Assembly (NCBI GenBank): GCA_035625875.1
Contig: DASPOT010000304.1
Location: forward strand, 1,891-65,890
Direction: 5' to 3'
Origin: Mycobacterium sp.
Lineage (GTDB): Bacteria; Actinomycetota; Actinomycetes; Mycobacteriales; Mycobacteriaceae
Length of the DNA: 64,000 nucleotides
Positions 18,806-31,010 of this stretch are shown in pieces (the first letter of the stretch is position 1; every line of letters starts with the position of its first letter). The position numbers and the translations under genes were made by a program. The notes below the pieces were generated by a model, which saw nothing but the letters and a program-made list of their open reading frames with translations, made no database searches and was not told the DNA's origin.

Positions 18806-21676
18806 TCAGTCCCGGTGGATCGGAGGACCCGCCGGCCGGGCCGCGGTGCGCCGCCGGTGCGGACGCTCACGAGCCGGCGCGGTGACGACGGAGACGTGCG
18901 TTTCGCCAGCGCAGCCATCATCCCCGGCGTCGGCACCGGCAGTGTCCTCATCGAAGATGTCCTCATCAGAGTCTTCGCCATTTGAGTCTGAGTCGTCATT
19001 GACGTCGAGGTCCTCGTCGAGGTCGAGGTCGAGATCCTCGTCGTCGAGGTCGACCTCGTCTTCCTCATCGGTGTCCTCGAAAACGTCTTCGTCAGTGTCG
19101 TCCAGGTCCTCTTCAACGTCCTCCGGTACGCCCTCTCGTTCGGTATCCGAAGCCCCTTCCTCACCGACGGCTTCGCGCGCGATCTCCCCGGTGAGCTCCT
19201 CTTCGGTCTGGCTGGGTACGCCGTCCTGACGACCGTTGGCCGCGGCCATCGCCTTGAACATCGGATGTTCGCCTGGAGTGTGGGCCGGCACCTTAGCTAC
19301 CACAGGCTCGTCAGCTACCACAGGCTCGTCCGGACGGGTCCTCTTTGCTCGCCTGCCCCGCCGGCCCCCCGACTCGGACTTGCGGCCGGTTGCCTGCGCC
19401 GAGTCGACCGGATCGGTGTGCAGCACGATCCCGCGGCCGCCACAGTTCGGGCACGATGTGGAGAACGCCTCGATCAGCCCGGTGCCCAGCCGCTTGCGGG
19501 TCAGTTGCACCAGGCCCAACGAGGTGACCTCGGACACCTGGTGACGGGTGCGGTCGCGGGCCAGTGCCTCGGTCAGCCGGCGCAGCACCAAGTCGCGGTT
19601 GGACTCCAGCACCATGTCGATGAAGTCGATGACCACAATGCCGCCGATGTCGCGCAGCCGCAGCTGGCGCACGATCTCCTCGGCCGCCTCGAGGTTGTTC
19701 TTGGTGACCGTCTGCTCGAGGTTGCCGCCCGACCCGGTGAACTTGCCGGTGTTGACGTCGATGACCGTCATCGCCTCGGTCCGGTCGATGACCAGCGTGC
19801 CGCCCGACGGCAGCCACACCTTGCGGTCCATCGCCTTGGCCAGTTGCTCATCGATACGATGCACCGCGAACACGTCCGGCCCGTCGTTCGCGGCGCCTTC
19901 ATACTTGGTCAGTTTCGAAACTAGTTCGGGAACAACGGAATTCACGTACTGGTTGATCGTCGTCCAGGCTTCCTCGCCGGAGACGATCAGCTCGGCGAAG
20001 TCCTCGTTGAACAAGTCACGAATGACCTTGACCAGCACGCCGGGCTCTTCGTAGAGCGCTACCGCGGCACCGGCGGCCTTCTCCTTGGTCTCGGCGGCCT
20101 GCGCCTGGATCTGATTCCAGCGCTCCTGCAGGCGCGTGACGTCGGCACGGATTTCCTCCTCTTTGACACCCTCGGACGCGGTGCGGATGATCACCCCGGC
20201 GTCTTCCGGCACCACCTCGCGCAGGATCTCCTTGAGCCGCTGGCGTTCGGTGTCGGGCAGCTTGCGGCTGATCCCGGTCGACGACACGCCCGGCACATAC
20301 ACGAGATACCGGCCGGCCAGTGACACCTGGGTGGTCAGCCGGGCGCCCTTGTGCCCGACTGGGTCCTTGCTGACCTGCACCACGACATAGTCGCCGGTTT
20401 GGAGGGCCTGCTCGATCTTGCGGTTGTCTCCGCCCAAGCCGGCGGCTTCCCAGTTCACCTCACCGGCGTAGAGCACGCCGTTGCGGCCGCGGCCGATGTC
20501 GACGAACGCCGCCTCCATGGACGGCAGCACGTTCTGCACGATGCCCAGGTAGATGTTGCCCACCAGCGATGCCGATGCCGGGCTGGTAACGAAATGCTCG
20601 ACGACGATGCCGTCTTCGAGCACCGCGATCTGGGTGTAGCGGGCACCCTGGTGCGGTGGCTCCGTGCGGGTCTTGTCGCGCACCACCATCACCCGCTCAA
20701 CCGCCTCCCGGCGGGCCAGGAATTCGGCTTCGCTCAACACCGGTGGACGACGCCGGCCGGCGTCCCGGCCGTCGCGGCGCCGCTGCCGCTTGGCCTCCAG
20801 CCGGGTCGACCCGTCGATGCCCTGGATCTCGGTGCTTACTGCGTCGTTTTCTTCGGTGTCGGACTCGTCGACTGCGCGTGGCGCCCGCTCGTGTACCACT
20901 GTGTTCGGCGGATCGTCGGGTGCCGGTGCGTCGTCGGTGTCGTCACCGGAGCCTGACTTACGGCGACGCCGCCGGCGGCGCCGCCGGCTGCTGGCCTCCG
21001 GCACACCGTTCTCTTCCTCGGGGGTGTCAACGTCTTCGGAGTCGCCGATGTCCTCGGATTCGGTCGAGTCGCCAACCGTGCAGTCGCGCTGTTCTTCATC
21101 GTTGTCGGCTTCGCCGTCGCCGACCTGACCGCGGTTGTCGGATCCGTTCTGTTCACCGCGTCCACGACCACGACCGCGACGGCCACGCCGCCGCCGGCCG
21201 GCCGGCCGCTCGGCCTGCTCTTTGTCGGTGTCAGAGTCCTCGGCGCCGTCGGAGTCATCGGCGCTGTCGGGGCTGTCGAACTCGTCGGCTTCGATCGGTT
21301 GCGGTGCGACGAACAACGGCATGTAGTCGGCCCGCTCTACCGTGGTCTCCAGCATCAGTCGGGATTCGGGTTCACCCGCCTGGCTGGCATCGTCGGGCTC
21401 GATGGCATCGCGCGCAGCGTCGGGCTCGGCGGCATCGTCGGGCTCGGCCGCAACGCCGGCGGTGGCCAGCAGATGACGCACCCGAACGGCATCGACGCGA
21501 TCCACACTGGAATGCGCGCTGCGGATCCGTCCGTCGAGCTTGTTCAGCGCGTCGAGCACCCGTTGGCTGGTTGTTCCCAGCACTCGCGCCAGCGAATGGA
21601 CCCTTAGGCGGTCCGGCAGGTCCTCGTGCTGCGTCGGCTCTTTTGATAGGTCTGAAGATGGAACACCGTCTATCAC
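18806..21676 (-). CDS. rne: Ribonuclease E
   Basis: S1 domain, IDVNTGK, GGIVVIDFIDM, CPNC. Acidic and Arg-rich disordered termini. Confidence 0.96.
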   Translation of the reverse strand: MIDGVPSSDLSKEPTQHEDLPDRLRVHSLARVLGTTSQRVLDALNKLDGRIRSAHSSVDRVDAVRVRHLLATAGVAAEPDDAAEPDAARDAIEPDDASQAGEPESRLMLETTVERADYMPLFVAPQPIEADEFDSPDSADDSDGAEDSDTDKEQAERPAGRRRRGRRGRGRGRGEQNGSDNRGQVGDGEADNDEEQRDCTVGDSTESEDIGDSEDVDTPEEENGVPEASSRRRRRRRRRKSGSGDDTDDAPAPDDPPNTVVHERAPRAVDESDTEENDAVSTEIQGIDGSTRLEAKRQRRRDGRDAGRRRPPVLSEAEFLARREAVERVMVVRDKTRTEPPHQGARYTQIAVLEDGIVVEHFVTSPASASLVGNIYLGIVQNVLPSMEAAFVDIGRGRNGVLYAGEVNWEAAGLGGDNRKIEQALQTGDYVVVQVSKDPVGHKGARLTTQVSLAGRYLVYVPGVSSTGISRKLPDTERQRLKEILREVVPEDAGVIIRTASEGVKEEEIRADVTRLQERWNQIQAQAAETKEKAAGAAVALYEEPGVLVKVIRDLFNEDFAELIVSGEEAWTTINQYVNSVVPELVSKLTKYEGAANDGPDVFAVHRIDEQLAKAMDRKVWLPSGGTLVIDRTEAMTVIDVNTGKFTGSGGNLEQTVTKNNLEAAEEIVRQLRLRDIGGIVVIDFIDMVLESNRDLVLRRLTEALARDRTRHQVSEVTSLGLVQLTRKRLGTGLIEAFSTSCPNCGGRGIVLHTDPVDSAQATGRKSESGGRRGRRAKRTRPDEPVVADEPVVAKVPAHTPGEHPMFKAMAAANGRQDGVPSQTEEELTGEIAREAVGEEGASDTEREGVPEDVEEDLDDTDEDVFEDTDEEDEVDLDDEDLDLDLDEDLDVNDDSDSNGEDSDEDIFDEDTAGADAGDDGCAGETHVSVVTAPARERPHRRRTAARPAGPPIHRD

Positions 21677-21973
21677 GTAATCTCCTCAAGCCCCCGGGCG
21701 CGTCGTGTCGACGCGGCCACGCGAGGGCTTCGCTATGTGCCCGGGTCACTTCTCCCGGGCTTATGATGGTCTCGCTCCGAGCGGCTCGTGTCGAACCGAC
21801 TCGGCGCCGGGTTGAATGATGGCTGGACAGTCCGCGCCGCATCGCGAACCGCGATCGTCGCGCTTGTCTAAGTCTTCATTCGGGTCTCGGACGCCCGTGC
21901 GGCGACGTTCACCCGACACCAGTATCCCATACTGTTGAGCCGACTCGGAGTCGCCCGATTGCAGACCCGGACG

Positions 21974-22387
21974 CTAGACCTGCTCTGCAGGGAACCAGAG
22001 CGCGATCTCGCGTTCCGCCGAACCGGCCGAATCGGAGCCGTGCACCAGGTTGAACTGCGTTTCCAGGCCGAAATCGCCCCTGATCGTGCCGGGCGCGGCC
22101 TGCTCCACCGGGTCGGTGCCACCAGCGAGCTGCCGGATGGCCGCCACCGCGCGCGGCCCCTCCACGATCGCCACCACCACCGGCCCCGACGTGATGAACT
22201 CCAGCAGGGATCCGAAGAATGCTTTGCCTTCGTGCTCGGCGTAATGATGGCGGGCCAGCTCGTCGCCGACGTCCCTGAGTTCCAGCGCCGTTATGTTCAG
22301 ACCTTTACGCTCGATGCGGCCGATGATCTCGCCCACCAGGCGCCGCTCGACGGCGTCCGGCTTGATCAACACGAGGGTCCGCTCCAT
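21974..22387 (-). CDS. ndk: Nucleoside diphosphate kinase
   Basis: [24 protein letters not shown]. Confidence 0.97.
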   Translation of the reverse strand: MERTLVLIKPDAVERRLVGEIIGRIERKGLNITALELRDVGDELARHHYAEHEGKAFFGSLLEFITSGPVVVAIVEGPRAVAAIRQLAGGTDPVEQAAPGTIRGDFGLETQFNLVHGSDSAGSAEREIALWFPAEQV

Positions 22388-22433
22388 CACGGCGCACAGC
22401 GTACCGAACCAACCGCCCAGGCCGTCCGGCCGA

Positions 22434-22859
22434 TCAGTCCGGGGGCTGCTGCTGGCCGGGTAACAGCCCGCGTTGCTGCCGCCACCGGACTTCGGCACGA
22501 CAGTAGGCGATCAGGGCCCACACCGCGGCGAAGAGCACACCGATGAAACCCACGCCCGGATACACCGCGAAGCCGGCAATCGGCACCGCCTGCACGGCAA
22601 GGTTCACCCAGATCGCCCAGCTTCGGCCCTGCAGCCCGACAAGCGCCAGCAACCCCACCGCCAGACCAATCAGAAACACCAGCGACCCGCTGGTCAGCCC
22701 GCCGCCGACCGCCCCGACCACCGGTAGCGCCAGCAGCACTACGATCGCCTCCAAGATCAGCGTGGCGGCCATCACCGCGCGGAAGCTCTTCCACGGGTCG
22801 GCCGGTGGCGCCGCCGGCCGCTCGCCCGGCTCGTCGGGCCGGTCCGGCGGCTGAGTCAT
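22434..22859 (-). CDS. Conserved membrane protein (Rv2446c-like)
   Basis: [20 protein letters not shown], about 4 TM segments, synteny between folC and ndk. Confidence 0.85.
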   Translation of the reverse strand: MTQPPDRPDEPGERPAAPPADPWKSFRAVMAATLILEAIVVLLALPVVGAVGGGLTSGSLVFLIGLAVGLLALVGLQGRSWAIWVNLAVQAVPIAGFAVYPGVGFIGVLFAAVWALIAYCRAEVRWRQQRGLLPGQQQPPD

Positions 22860-24265
22860 TCCGGATCACGACCAAACAAAGTGCGTGCGGCCCCGGCGGT
22901 GACAACAGAACCCGTGACGACGATGCCCGTCCCGGAAAACGCGTCCCCCTCGACGGCTGCGTCGTCGACCAACGCGGTCGCCGCGTCGACGGCGTCGCGC
23001 AGGTTCTCGGCGGTCAGCACCCGGTCAGGTCCGAACCGTTCCTCAGCTGCCAACGCCAGCCCCTCGACATCCAACGCCCGTGGTGACCCGTTGTGGGTAA
23101 CGACGACCCGATCGAATACCGGCTCCAGCGCGGTGAGGATGCCCCCGACGTCCTTGTCAGCCAGCACGCTCACCACTCCGACCAGGAAGCGGAAGTCGAA
23201 CTCTTCGGCCAGCGCCTGCGCCAGCGCGCCCGCCCCGGCTGGATTGTGCGCGGCGTCGATGAACACCGTCGGCGAGCTGCACATACGCTCCAGCCGGCCC
23301 GGGCTGGTGACTGCGGCGAACCCGGCCCGCACAGCGTCGACGTCGAGCTGACGCTGAACACCGGCACCGAAGAAGGCCTCGACCGCCGCGAGCGCCACCA
23401 CCGCGTTGTGCGCCTGATGTTCACCGTGCAGCGGAAGGTAAAGATCGGGGTACACCCCGCCAAGACCCTGCAGCTGCAGCATCTGCCCACCGACGGCTAC
23501 CTGCCGACCCAGCACCGCGAACTCCGAGTCCTCCCGGGCGACCGCGGCATCGGCACGCACGGATTGCGCCAACAGCACCTCCATCACCTCCGGCCCCTGG
23601 CGCGCGATGATGGCGACGGTTTCCACCGCAGCGTCGTCGGCTTTGGTGATGATGCCCGCCTTCTCACCGGCGATCCCCGCAATGTCGGCACCGAGGTACT
23701 CGACGTGGTCGACGCTGATCGGGGTGATGACCACCACCGGCGCGTTGATCACGTTGGTGGCGTCCCAACTCCCGCCCAGACCTACCTCGACGACAGCGAC
23801 ATCGATCGGCGCATCGGCGAACGCGGCGAATGCCATCGCGGTGACGACCTCGAATTTGCTCATCGCCGGGCCACCGGCGGACTGGGATTGCTGGTCGATC
23901 ATCTGCACGTACGGCTCGATCTCCCGGTACACCTCGACGTAGCGGGCAGGGCTGATCGGGTTGCCGTCGATCGCGATGCGTTCGACCGCTGACTGCAGGT
24001 GCGGGCTGGTGGTGCGGCCGGTGCGCCGGTGCAGCGCGGTGAGCAGTGCGTCGACCATTCGCGCCACCGAGGTTTTGCCGTTGGTGCCCGCGATGTGGAT
24101 CGAGGGATAGCCGCGTTGCGGCGAGCCGAGCAGGTCCATCAGCGCGCTGATGCGAGTGAGGCTGGGCTCGATGCGGGTTTCCGGCCAGCGCTGGTCGAGC
24201 AAGTGCTCGACCTGCAGCAACGACGCGATCTCGTCCGGCGTGGGAGCGACGTACGGGGCGTTCAC
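22856..24265 (-). CDS. folC: Folylpolyglutamate/dihydrofolate synthase
   Basis: [32 protein letters not shown]. Confidence 0.96.
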   Translation of the reverse strand: MNAPYVAPTPDEIASLLQVEHLLDQRWPETRIEPSLTRISALMDLLGSPQRGYPSIHIAGTNGKTSVARMVDALLTALHRRTGRTTSPHLQSAVERIAIDGNPISPARYVEVYREIEPYVQMIDQQSQSAGGPAMSKFEVVTAMAFAAFADAPIDVAVVEVGLGGSWDATNVINAPVVVITPISVDHVEYLGADIAGIAGEKAGIITKADDAAVETVAIIARQGPEVMEVLLAQSVRADAAVAREDSEFAVLGRQVAVGGQMLQLQGLGGVYPDLYLPLHGEHQAHNAVVALAAVEAFFGAGVQRQLDVDAVRAGFAAVTSPGRLERMCSSPTVFIDAAHNPAGAGALAQALAEEFDFRFLVGVVSVLADKDVGGILTALEPVFDRVVVTHNGSPRALDVEGLALAAEERFGPDRVLTAENLRDAVDAATALVDDAAVEGDAFSGTGIVVTGSVVTAGAARTLFGRDPE

Positions 24266-26910
24266 ATTGCGGCCAGCCTGGCCGTGATCCGGTCGGCTTC
24301 TTCGCGGGCCAGCCGCTGGCGTTCGCGGTTCTTGCCGACGACGTCCGCGGGCGCCTTGGCCAGGAAGTCTGCGTTGTCCAATTTCGCGGTGGTGGAAGCC
24401 AGTTCCTTTTGCGCGACGGCCAAGTCCTTCTCGAGCCGGCGACGCTCGGCGGCGACATCGATCGCGCCCGAGGTGTCGAGTTCGACGACGACGGTGCCGC
24501 CGCCCAAACGAACCTCCAATGAAACCGTTGGACTGAACTCCGCACCCGCTGTGGTGAGCCACGCCAGTAAGCTCACGGCGGCCACCTGCGCGCTCAGATC
24601 CGAGTCCGCGACCCCGATCAAGCGTGCCGGCACCTTCTGCCGGTCAGCCAGACCTTGATCACTGCGGAACCGGCGGATCTCGGTCACCAGCTTCTGCATG
24701 TCGCCAACCCGCTGGACGGCAATGGTATCCAGGCTGACCCCGGACGGCTTCGGCCAGTCGGCGATCACCAGCGATTCTCCGTCCGTCAGCGCCCGCCACA
24801 GTGCCTCGGTGACGAACGGGATCACCGGGTGCAGCAGCCGCAGCAGTGTGTCGAGCACGGCGGCCAGCACGGCGGTGGTAAGCGCGAGGCCGTCGGCGAG
24901 CTGCACCTTCGCCAGCTCGACGTACCAGTCGCAGAATTCGTCCCACGTGAAGTGGTAGAGGGCTTCGCAGGCCCGGCTGAACTCGTAGCCGTCAAAGGCT
25001 GAATCAACTTCGACGCGAACCTCTTCCAGCCGTCCCAAGATCCAGCGGTCGGCGTCGGTCAGGCCAGCGAGATCGGGCAGCGGCGCCGGGCTCGCACCAT
25101 TGAGTAGGGCGAACCGGGTGGCATTGAACAACTTGGTAACGAAATTGCGCGACGCCCGGACGTGGTCCTCACCGATGGTCAGGTCACCGCCCGGGCTGGC
25201 GCCGCGGGCCAGCGCGAACCGCAGCGCGTCGGCGCCGAACTTCTCCAGCCAGTCCAACGGGTCGATGACGTTGCCCTTGGACTTGCTCATTTTGCGGCCG
25301 AACTCGTCCCGGATCAGACCGTGCAGGAACACATTGGTGAACGGCACCTGCGGTCCTCGGCGGCCGTCAAGCGTGATGGCGTCGTCGCCGCCGACGAAGG
25401 TGCCGAACATCATCATCCGGGCCACCCAGAAGAACAAGATGTCGTATCCGGTGACCAAAACGCTTGTCGGATAGAACTTCTCCAGCTCCAGAGTCTGCGA
25501 TGGCCAGCCCATGGTAGAGAACGGCCACAGCGCGGACGAGAACCAGGTGTCCAGTACGTCAGGGTCCTGCTCCCAACCCTCGGGCGGGGTTTCGTCCGGA
25601 CCGACGCACACCTTCTCGCCGTTGGGCCCGTACCAGATCGGGATGCGGTGGCCCCACCACAGCTGACGTGAAATACACCAGTCGTGCATATCGTCGACCC
25701 AGGCGAACCAGCGCGGCTCCAGGCTGGCGGGGTGAATCACGGTGTCCCCGTTGCGCACCGCGTCGCCAGCGGCCTGGGCCAGCGACTCCACCCTGACCCA
25801 CCACTGCATCGACAGCCGCGGTTCGATAACCTCGCCGCTGCGCTCGGAGTGCCCGACGCTGTGCAGGTAGGGGCGTTTCTCGTCGACGACGCGGCCCTGC
25901 GCCGCAAGCGCCTCCCGCACCGCAACACGGGCAACGAAGCGGTCCATACCGTCGAATTGTGTTCCGGTGCCCGCAATTCGGCCCTTCGTGTCCATGATCG
26001 AGGGCATAGGCAACTGGTGGCGCAGCCCGATCTCGAAGTCGTTCGGGTCGTGCGCGGGCGTGACTTTGACCGCACCAGTGCCGAATTCGGGGTCGACGTG
26101 CTCGTCGGCGACGACGACCAGCGCCCTGTCGACAAAAGGGTGCGGCAATGTCGTACCGACCAGGTGGCGGTAGCGCCCGTCATCGGGATGCACCGCGATC
26201 GCGGTATCACCGAGCATCGTTTCGACCCGGGTGGTGGCGACCACGATGTGAGGTTGCGAGTCGTCGAGCGAGCCGTACCGGAACGACACCAGTTCGCCTT
26301 CGACCTCTTCGTAGTTGACCTCGAGATCCGAAATCGCCGTCTCCAGCACCGGCGACCAGTTCACCAGCCGCTCGGCCTGATAGATCAGCCCGGCGTCATA
26401 GAGCCGCTTGAAGATCGTCCGCACCGCCCGCGACAAGCCCTCGTCCATGGTGAACCGGTCGCGGCTCCAGTCCACCCCGTCACCGAGCCGGCGCATCTGG
26501 ACGCCGATGGCGCCGCCGGAGTCACGCTTCCATTCCCACACCTTGTCGATGAACAGCTCCCGACCGAAGTCCTCCTTGGTCTTGCCATCGACAGCGAGCT
26601 GGGCCTCCACCACGCTCTGGGTGGCGATGCCGGCATGGTCCATGCCCGGCTGCCACAGCACCTCGTAGCCTTGCATCCGCTTGCGGCGGGTCAGGGCGTC
26701 CATCATGCTGTGTTCCAGCGCGTGGCCCATGTGCAGGCTGCCGGTCACATTCGGTGGTGGCAGCACGATCGAATACCCGGGTTTCGCGCTGGCCGGGTCC
26801 GCAGTGAAGTAGCCGGCGTTGACCCAGCGCTGGTAGATCGCGCTTTCGACCGCGCCTGGATCCCACGACTTGGGCAGGATATCGGCGTCGCCGCTCGGGC
26901 TGGAGGTCAC
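24262..26910 (-). CDS. valS: Valine--tRNA ligase
   Basis: [29 protein letters not shown]. Confidence 0.98.
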   Translation of the reverse strand: MTSSPSGDADILPKSWDPGAVESAIYQRWVNAGYFTADPASAKPGYSIVLPPPNVTGSLHMGHALEHSMMDALTRRKRMQGYEVLWQPGMDHAGIATQSVVEAQLAVDGKTKEDFGRELFIDKVWEWKRDSGGAIGVQMRRLGDGVDWSRDRFTMDEGLSRAVRTIFKRLYDAGLIYQAERLVNWSPVLETAISDLEVNYEEVEGELVSFRYGSLDDSQPHIVVATTRVETMLGDTAIAVHPDDGRYRHLVGTTLPHPFVDRALVVVADEHVDPEFGTGAVKVTPAHDPNDFEIGLRHQLPMPSIMDTKGRIAGTGTQFDGMDRFVARVAVREALAAQGRVVDEKRPYLHSVGHSERSGEVIEPRLSMQWWVRVESLAQAAGDAVRNGDTVIHPASLEPRWFAWVDDMHDWCISRQLWWGHRIPIWYGPNGEKVCVGPDETPPEGWEQDPDVLDTWFSSALWPFSTMGWPSQTLELEKFYPTSVLVTGYDILFFWVARMMMFGTFVGGDDAITLDGRRGPQVPFTNVFLHGLIRDEFGRKMSKSKGNVIDPLDWLEKFGADALRFALARGASPGGDLTIGEDHVRASRNFVTKLFNATRFALLNGASPAPLPDLAGLTDADRWILGRLEEVRVEVDSAFDGYEFSRACEALYHFTWDEFCDWYVELAKVQLADGLALTTAVLAAVLDTLLRLLHPVIPFVTEALWRALTDGESLVIADWPKPSGVSLDTIAVQRVGDMQKLVTEIRRFRSDQGLADRQKVPARLIGVADSDLSAQVAAVSLLAWLTTAGAEFSPTVSLEVRLGGGTVVVELDTSGAIDVAAERRRLEKDLAVAQKELASTTAKLDNADFLAKAPADVVGKNRERQRLAREEADRITARLAAM

Positions 26911-26998
26911 CGGTCAATTCTAAAAACCGCGCTCAGCGGCCGCGAAAAACCCCACCCGGCATGTGATCGGGGCAACTTTCACGCCCGAGGGTGCTGTG

Positions 26999-27577
26999 CT
27001 ACTTCTTGCCCCCGAGTAGTCCGCCGAGGATGCCTCCGACTGCGTCGGCGGCCTTGCTACCCAGGACATTGCCCAAGATGCTGCCCAACGATTTGTTGCC
27101 GCTGCCGGACGCCCCGCCAAGGATGCTGCCCAGCACGTCGTTGAGCGCACCTCCGGACGCCTGCGCGGGCGCCTTCTGGGTCATTTGCTTGCCGATGTAG
27201 GCCAGCACGATCGGCGCCAACATCGGCAACAGCTTCTGGAACAAGTCACTATTGCCGACTCCGGCACCTGACAGCGCCGCGGCGACCTGGCTGGTGTCGT
27301 TGCCGCCGAAGATCTTCGCGATTGCCTTCTGTCCGTCGGCCTCGTCGACCTGGTCGACGCTGACACCGGTATCCAGCAGGCCTCTGACTGCGTGATCGCT
27401 GACCGCCGACTCGATCGCCGACGCGTGGTCGGGATCCTGGGCGTTCTGGTGCAGGCCGCCGACCAGCACCGGCACCAGCGTGCGAATCGCGCTGTTTACC
27501 TCGCCTTCGTCGACGCCGAGCCTGCTTGCGATGTCACCCGTAGGGATCAGGGCGTAGAGATCATCAAGGCCGGCCAT
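26999..27577 (-). CDS. DUF937-like glycine-rich protein
   Basis: IASRLGVDE, KLLPMLAPIVLAYIG, LGSILG repeats. Confidence 0.75.
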   Translation of the reverse strand: MAGLDDLYALIPTGDIASRLGVDEGEVNSAIRTLVPVLVGGLHQNAQDPDHASAIESAVSDHAVRGLLDTGVSVDQVDEADGQKAIAKIFGGNDTSQVAAALSGAGVGNSDLFQKLLPMLAPIVLAYIGKQMTQKAPAQASGGALNDVLGSILGGASGSGNKSLGSILGNVLGSKAADAVGGILGGLLGGKK

Positions 27578-27679
27578 GGGTTCATCCACCTTCATCGTTT
27601 GTTGGCTGGGATGTTGTCGTAACGCGTTCTTGACACTAGTCCAACCGATCACTGCTGACAGCGGTTCCGCTCGCCCGAA

Positions 27680-28933
27680 TCACTTCAACCGGACGGTCTC
27701 CAGCGACACATCCGCCGCCGGGAGCCGCGCCAGCAACGCCTCACCCATCGCGGCCGCGGGTGTGAGCACACCACGCAGGCCGGAGAGCTGGTCGCGGTCC
27801 AGCGCGAGCCCAAGACCGCACTCCCCCAGCAGTACCGAGGTCGCCTTATAGCCTGGATCGCCCTGCTGCGCGATCCTCGCTACATAGCGGGCGCCGGCGG
27901 TGGTGGTGGTGTAGGTCTCGGCCCGGTAATAGCCGCGCTCACGAGCGGCTGCACCGGGACCGGTGCCGGGTTTGGGCACGAAACGCTCCACTAGCCGGCG
28001 CGGCAGCAGCCGGAAATAGCGGCTGCCCAACCCGAACACCGCGCCGCCGACTCCAGTGACGACGGCCGACGCTGCCGGAGCGACCAACGACGATCCCACG
28101 CTCATGTGTTCGCTGTAGCGGAACCGGCGTCCGTAAGCCCAGTCCAGTAATGCGTTGCTGCGCCGCACAATTCGGGTGTTGTAGGGTGCCATGAAGAATC
28201 CCGCCGTCCAGTCGCCGGCCAGTTCCGGCGCAATGTCGCGACCACGACGCCACGGCAGGTCGGGCTGCGGGCCGAGTTCGGGTTCCGCGCCGCGGTCGGG
28301 ACTCAGCGTGTATGGGTCGGCGAGCTGGCGGCGCACGTCAGGGTCGCGCGAGGCGGTGTCCAGCACTTCCATCATCGACGCGATCGTGCCGCCGGAGAAC
28401 CCGCCGGAAAAACCCCGCAACACGAAGTCGGTGCTGGTGAGTTCACCGTCGCCATCATCGCTGGCCTTGCGGTACAGCGCGTACACACTCAGATCCGAAG
28501 GGACAGAATCGAATCCACACGCGTGCACGATGCGCGCACCGGTGTCGGCAGCCTGCTTGTGGTACAGGTCGATGCTGTTGCGCACGAACATCGCCTCACC
28601 GGTCAGGTCGGCGTAATCGGTGCCCGCCGCGGCGCACGCGGCCACCAGCGGCAACCCGTAGCGCGCGTAGGGCCCGACCGTGGTAACCACCACCTGTGTC
28701 TGAGCGGCCATCGCACTCAATGTCGACGGCGACGAAGCATCGGCGACCACGATCGGCCAGGCTTGCGCCGACTCGCCCAGACTTTCATGCACCGCCTGCA
28801 AGCGTTCGGTCGACCGGCCGGCCAGCGCGATTCGCGCGTCCCCGCCGGCCCGGGCGAGGTATTCAGCGGTCAGCTTGCCCACGAAGCCGGTCGCCCCGTA
28901 CAAGACGATGTCGAAATCGCGCGTTGCGGTCAC
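27680..28933 (-). CDS. Saccharopine dehydrogenase-like trans-acting enoyl reductase (Rv2449c-like)
   Basis: DIVLYGATGFVG, TTVGPY, DLTGE, CGFDSVPSD, GVLTPA. Confidence 0.9.
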   Translation of the reverse strand: MTATRDFDIVLYGATGFVGKLTAEYLARAGGDARIALAGRSTERLQAVHESLGESAQAWPIVVADASSPSTLSAMAAQTQVVVTTVGPYARYGLPLVAACAAAGTDYADLTGEAMFVRNSIDLYHKQAADTGARIVHACGFDSVPSDLSVYALYRKASDDGDGELTSTDFVLRGFSGGFSGGTIASMMEVLDTASRDPDVRRQLADPYTLSPDRGAEPELGPQPDLPWRRGRDIAPELAGDWTAGFFMAPYNTRIVRRSNALLDWAYGRRFRYSEHMSVGSSLVAPAASAVVTGVGGAVFGLGSRYFRLLPRRLVERFVPKPGTGPGAAARERGYYRAETYTTTTAGARYVARIAQQGDPGYKATSVLLGECGLGLALDRDQLSGLRGVLTPAAAMGEALLARLPAADVSLETVRLK

Positions 28934-30927
28934 CGGCCTGACGCTACTCCGAGCATCTCGGGCAATTCGGCGGTCTCCGCGAGCACGTGTTCGGCCAGGA
29001 ACGCCAACACCACCTGGTACCAGATCTTGGTGTGCTGCGGCGCGAGCACCCAGTGATGCTCCGACGGGAAGTACAGGAACCGGTGCGGACTGCTCCCGTC
29101 GTCGGCGGCGGACAGCCCGGAGGCGGCAAGCAGGTCGTACCACAGCCGTAACGCCTCGCCGATCGGGACGCGATAGTCCTTGTTGCCGTGGATCACCAGC
29201 ATTGGCGTGGTGATCCGGTCGACGAAGCGGTGCGGTGAGTTGGCGGCGGTCATCTGCGGTGTCATCTCGCGGCGCCAGTAGTAGGCGAGGTCGGTGGTCA
29301 CACCGAACTGGTCCAGCGCCCACAGGCTGGCATGGGTGACGATCGCGGCGAATTGGTCGGTCTGGCCGGCGACCCAGTTGGCCATGTAGCCGCCGAACGA
29401 TCCGCCCATCGCCGCGATCCGGGTCGCGTCGATGCGTGGGTGGTCGCAGACCGCGTCGGTGGCGGCCATCAGGTCCTCGAACGGCGGCCCGCCCCACGCT
29501 CCCCAGCCACGCTGGATGAACGCTTGCCCATAGCCGGTGGACAGTGCCGGGTCCGGCAGCAGCACCGCGTAACCCTTGGCGGCCATCAGCCACGGATTCC
29601 ATCGCCACGACCAGCTGTTCCAGCTGCTCAGCGGTCCACCGTGGATCCACAGCAGCAACGGGGCGGGTGCGGTGTCCTCCGGCAGCACCAGCCACGACCG
29701 CACCGCAGTTCCATCCGTCGCGGTCGCGGTGATATCGGTCAATGTGCCTGGCAGTGTTGGTAAATCGATGCAGGGCAGCACGGTGATGACGCTATCGGGG
29801 TCAATCCGCACCGGGTGCGGTGGTGTTCGATACGAGCTGCGCAGGGCGTAGATCACCCCGTCGGGCGCGGCGACGACGTCGGTGTAGGCGAAGTCGTCGT
29901 CGGTGAGCTGGGTGACCGTCGAGGTGGACAATTCAACGGCGAACACCGGGGCCCGACCGGCCTGGTCGGCCGTAACGATGAGGGCGGCCCCGTCGCTCGA
30001 CCACGTCACCGAGGCCGGCCAGCGGTCCCAGCTGTCAGCCACCGAAACCACGTCCTCGCCGAATCGCAAGTATTGCAACGTCATTCGCGGAGCGCGCTCG
30101 GGGGTGGAGACGGTTTCGCGGGTGAACGCAACCGCCGTACCGTCCGGGGAGATCGCGGGGTGCTCGAGGTCGGCGTCCGGGTCGTCGGCAATAACGCTGC
30201 GTTCGCCGGACCCAAGGTCGATCCGCACCAGCACCGAGCGTTGCACGGGTCCTGGCCCGGAGACCCGCCAGGTCGTCACTAGGAATCGCCCGTCGGCGCT
30301 GATATCGAACCCGGCGTCGCGCAGCGCCGCGCCCGGCCGGGGGGTCAGGTCACGCGGGCCACTTGCGTCAACCAGGTGAGGTTCGTCCGGCCCGAGGTCT
30401 TTGTCCCAGTAGCGCACCGGATATCCGGTGTGCAGGATCGCCGTTACCTTGTTGTCCTTGCGCAAGTCTCGCAGCCGCCGGTCCTCGTCAATGTTGCCTG
30501 CCGCTGGCAGCAGTGGCGCCCCGACCACCGTCATGTCGGCGCCGCGGGTGGTGCGCACCACACTGACTCCCCCGGGCATGCTCAGCTCTTCGACTGCCTC
30601 GCCGCCAGCGGCGGGCAGCCGCCACAGCGAGGCTGGCGGCTTGTCGTCGTCGGCGGAGCCCGGCGTGGGCCGTGAGGAGACGAACAGCAGGTCGCCGGCG
30701 AGGGTGAACGCCGGCGACGACTCACCCTTAGCTGAGCGGGTCAACCGGCGCGCGGGTTGCCGGCCGGCCGGATCGAGTTCCCAGACCGCGCTGACGTATT
30801 CGGTGCGTTTGTCGTTGAGTTCGGCCACGATGGTCACCACCCGCGACCCGTCCGCCGACACTGCCAGGCCCGAGGCCCGCGGTAGCGCCAGATAGTCGTC
30901 GAGGCTGTCGAATGCCGTTGCGGTCAT
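28930..30927 (-). CDS. S9-family (prolyl oligopeptidase-like) peptidase
   Basis: Beta-propeller N-terminus. IHGGP, GGSFGG nucleophile, DYRVP, EHHW. Confidence 0.92.
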   Translation of the reverse strand: MTATAFDSLDDYLALPRASGLAVSADGSRVVTIVAELNDKRTEYVSAVWELDPAGRQPARRLTRSAKGESSPAFTLAGDLLFVSSRPTPGSADDDKPPASLWRLPAAGGEAVEELSMPGGVSVVRTTRGADMTVVGAPLLPAAGNIDEDRRLRDLRKDNKVTAILHTGYPVRYWDKDLGPDEPHLVDASGPRDLTPRPGAALRDAGFDISADGRFLVTTWRVSGPGPVQRSVLVRIDLGSGERSVIADDPDADLEHPAISPDGTAVAFTRETVSTPERAPRMTLQYLRFGEDVVSVADSWDRWPASVTWSSDGAALIVTADQAGRAPVFAVELSTSTVTQLTDDDFAYTDVVAAPDGVIYALRSSYRTPPHPVRIDPDSVITVLPCIDLPTLPGTLTDITATATDGTAVRSWLVLPEDTAPAPLLLWIHGGPLSSWNSWSWRWNPWLMAAKGYAVLLPDPALSTGYGQAFIQRGWGAWGGPPFEDLMAATDAVCDHPRIDATRIAAMGGSFGGYMANWVAGQTDQFAAIVTHASLWALDQFGVTTDLAYYWRREMTPQMTAANSPHRFVDRITTPMLVIHGNKDYRVPIGEALRLWYDLLAASGLSAADDGSSPHRFLYFPSEHHWVLAPQHTKIWYQVVLAFLAEHVLAETAELPEMLGVASGR

Positions 30928-30967
30928 GCAGTGTTGGTAACACAGCGCAAGGGTTCGCCGGCGGGGT

Positions 30968-30992
30968 GCTGAGTTTGATTTTCAAACTCAGC
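30968..30992. promoter_or_regulatory. Palindromic operator between the S9 peptidase and the HxlR regulator
   Basis: GCTGAGTTTGA-TTT-TCAAACTCAGC, a perfect 11-bp inverted repeat. Confidence 0.65.
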
Positions 30993-31010
30993 TCGGGCAT
31001 GCTGATGCTT

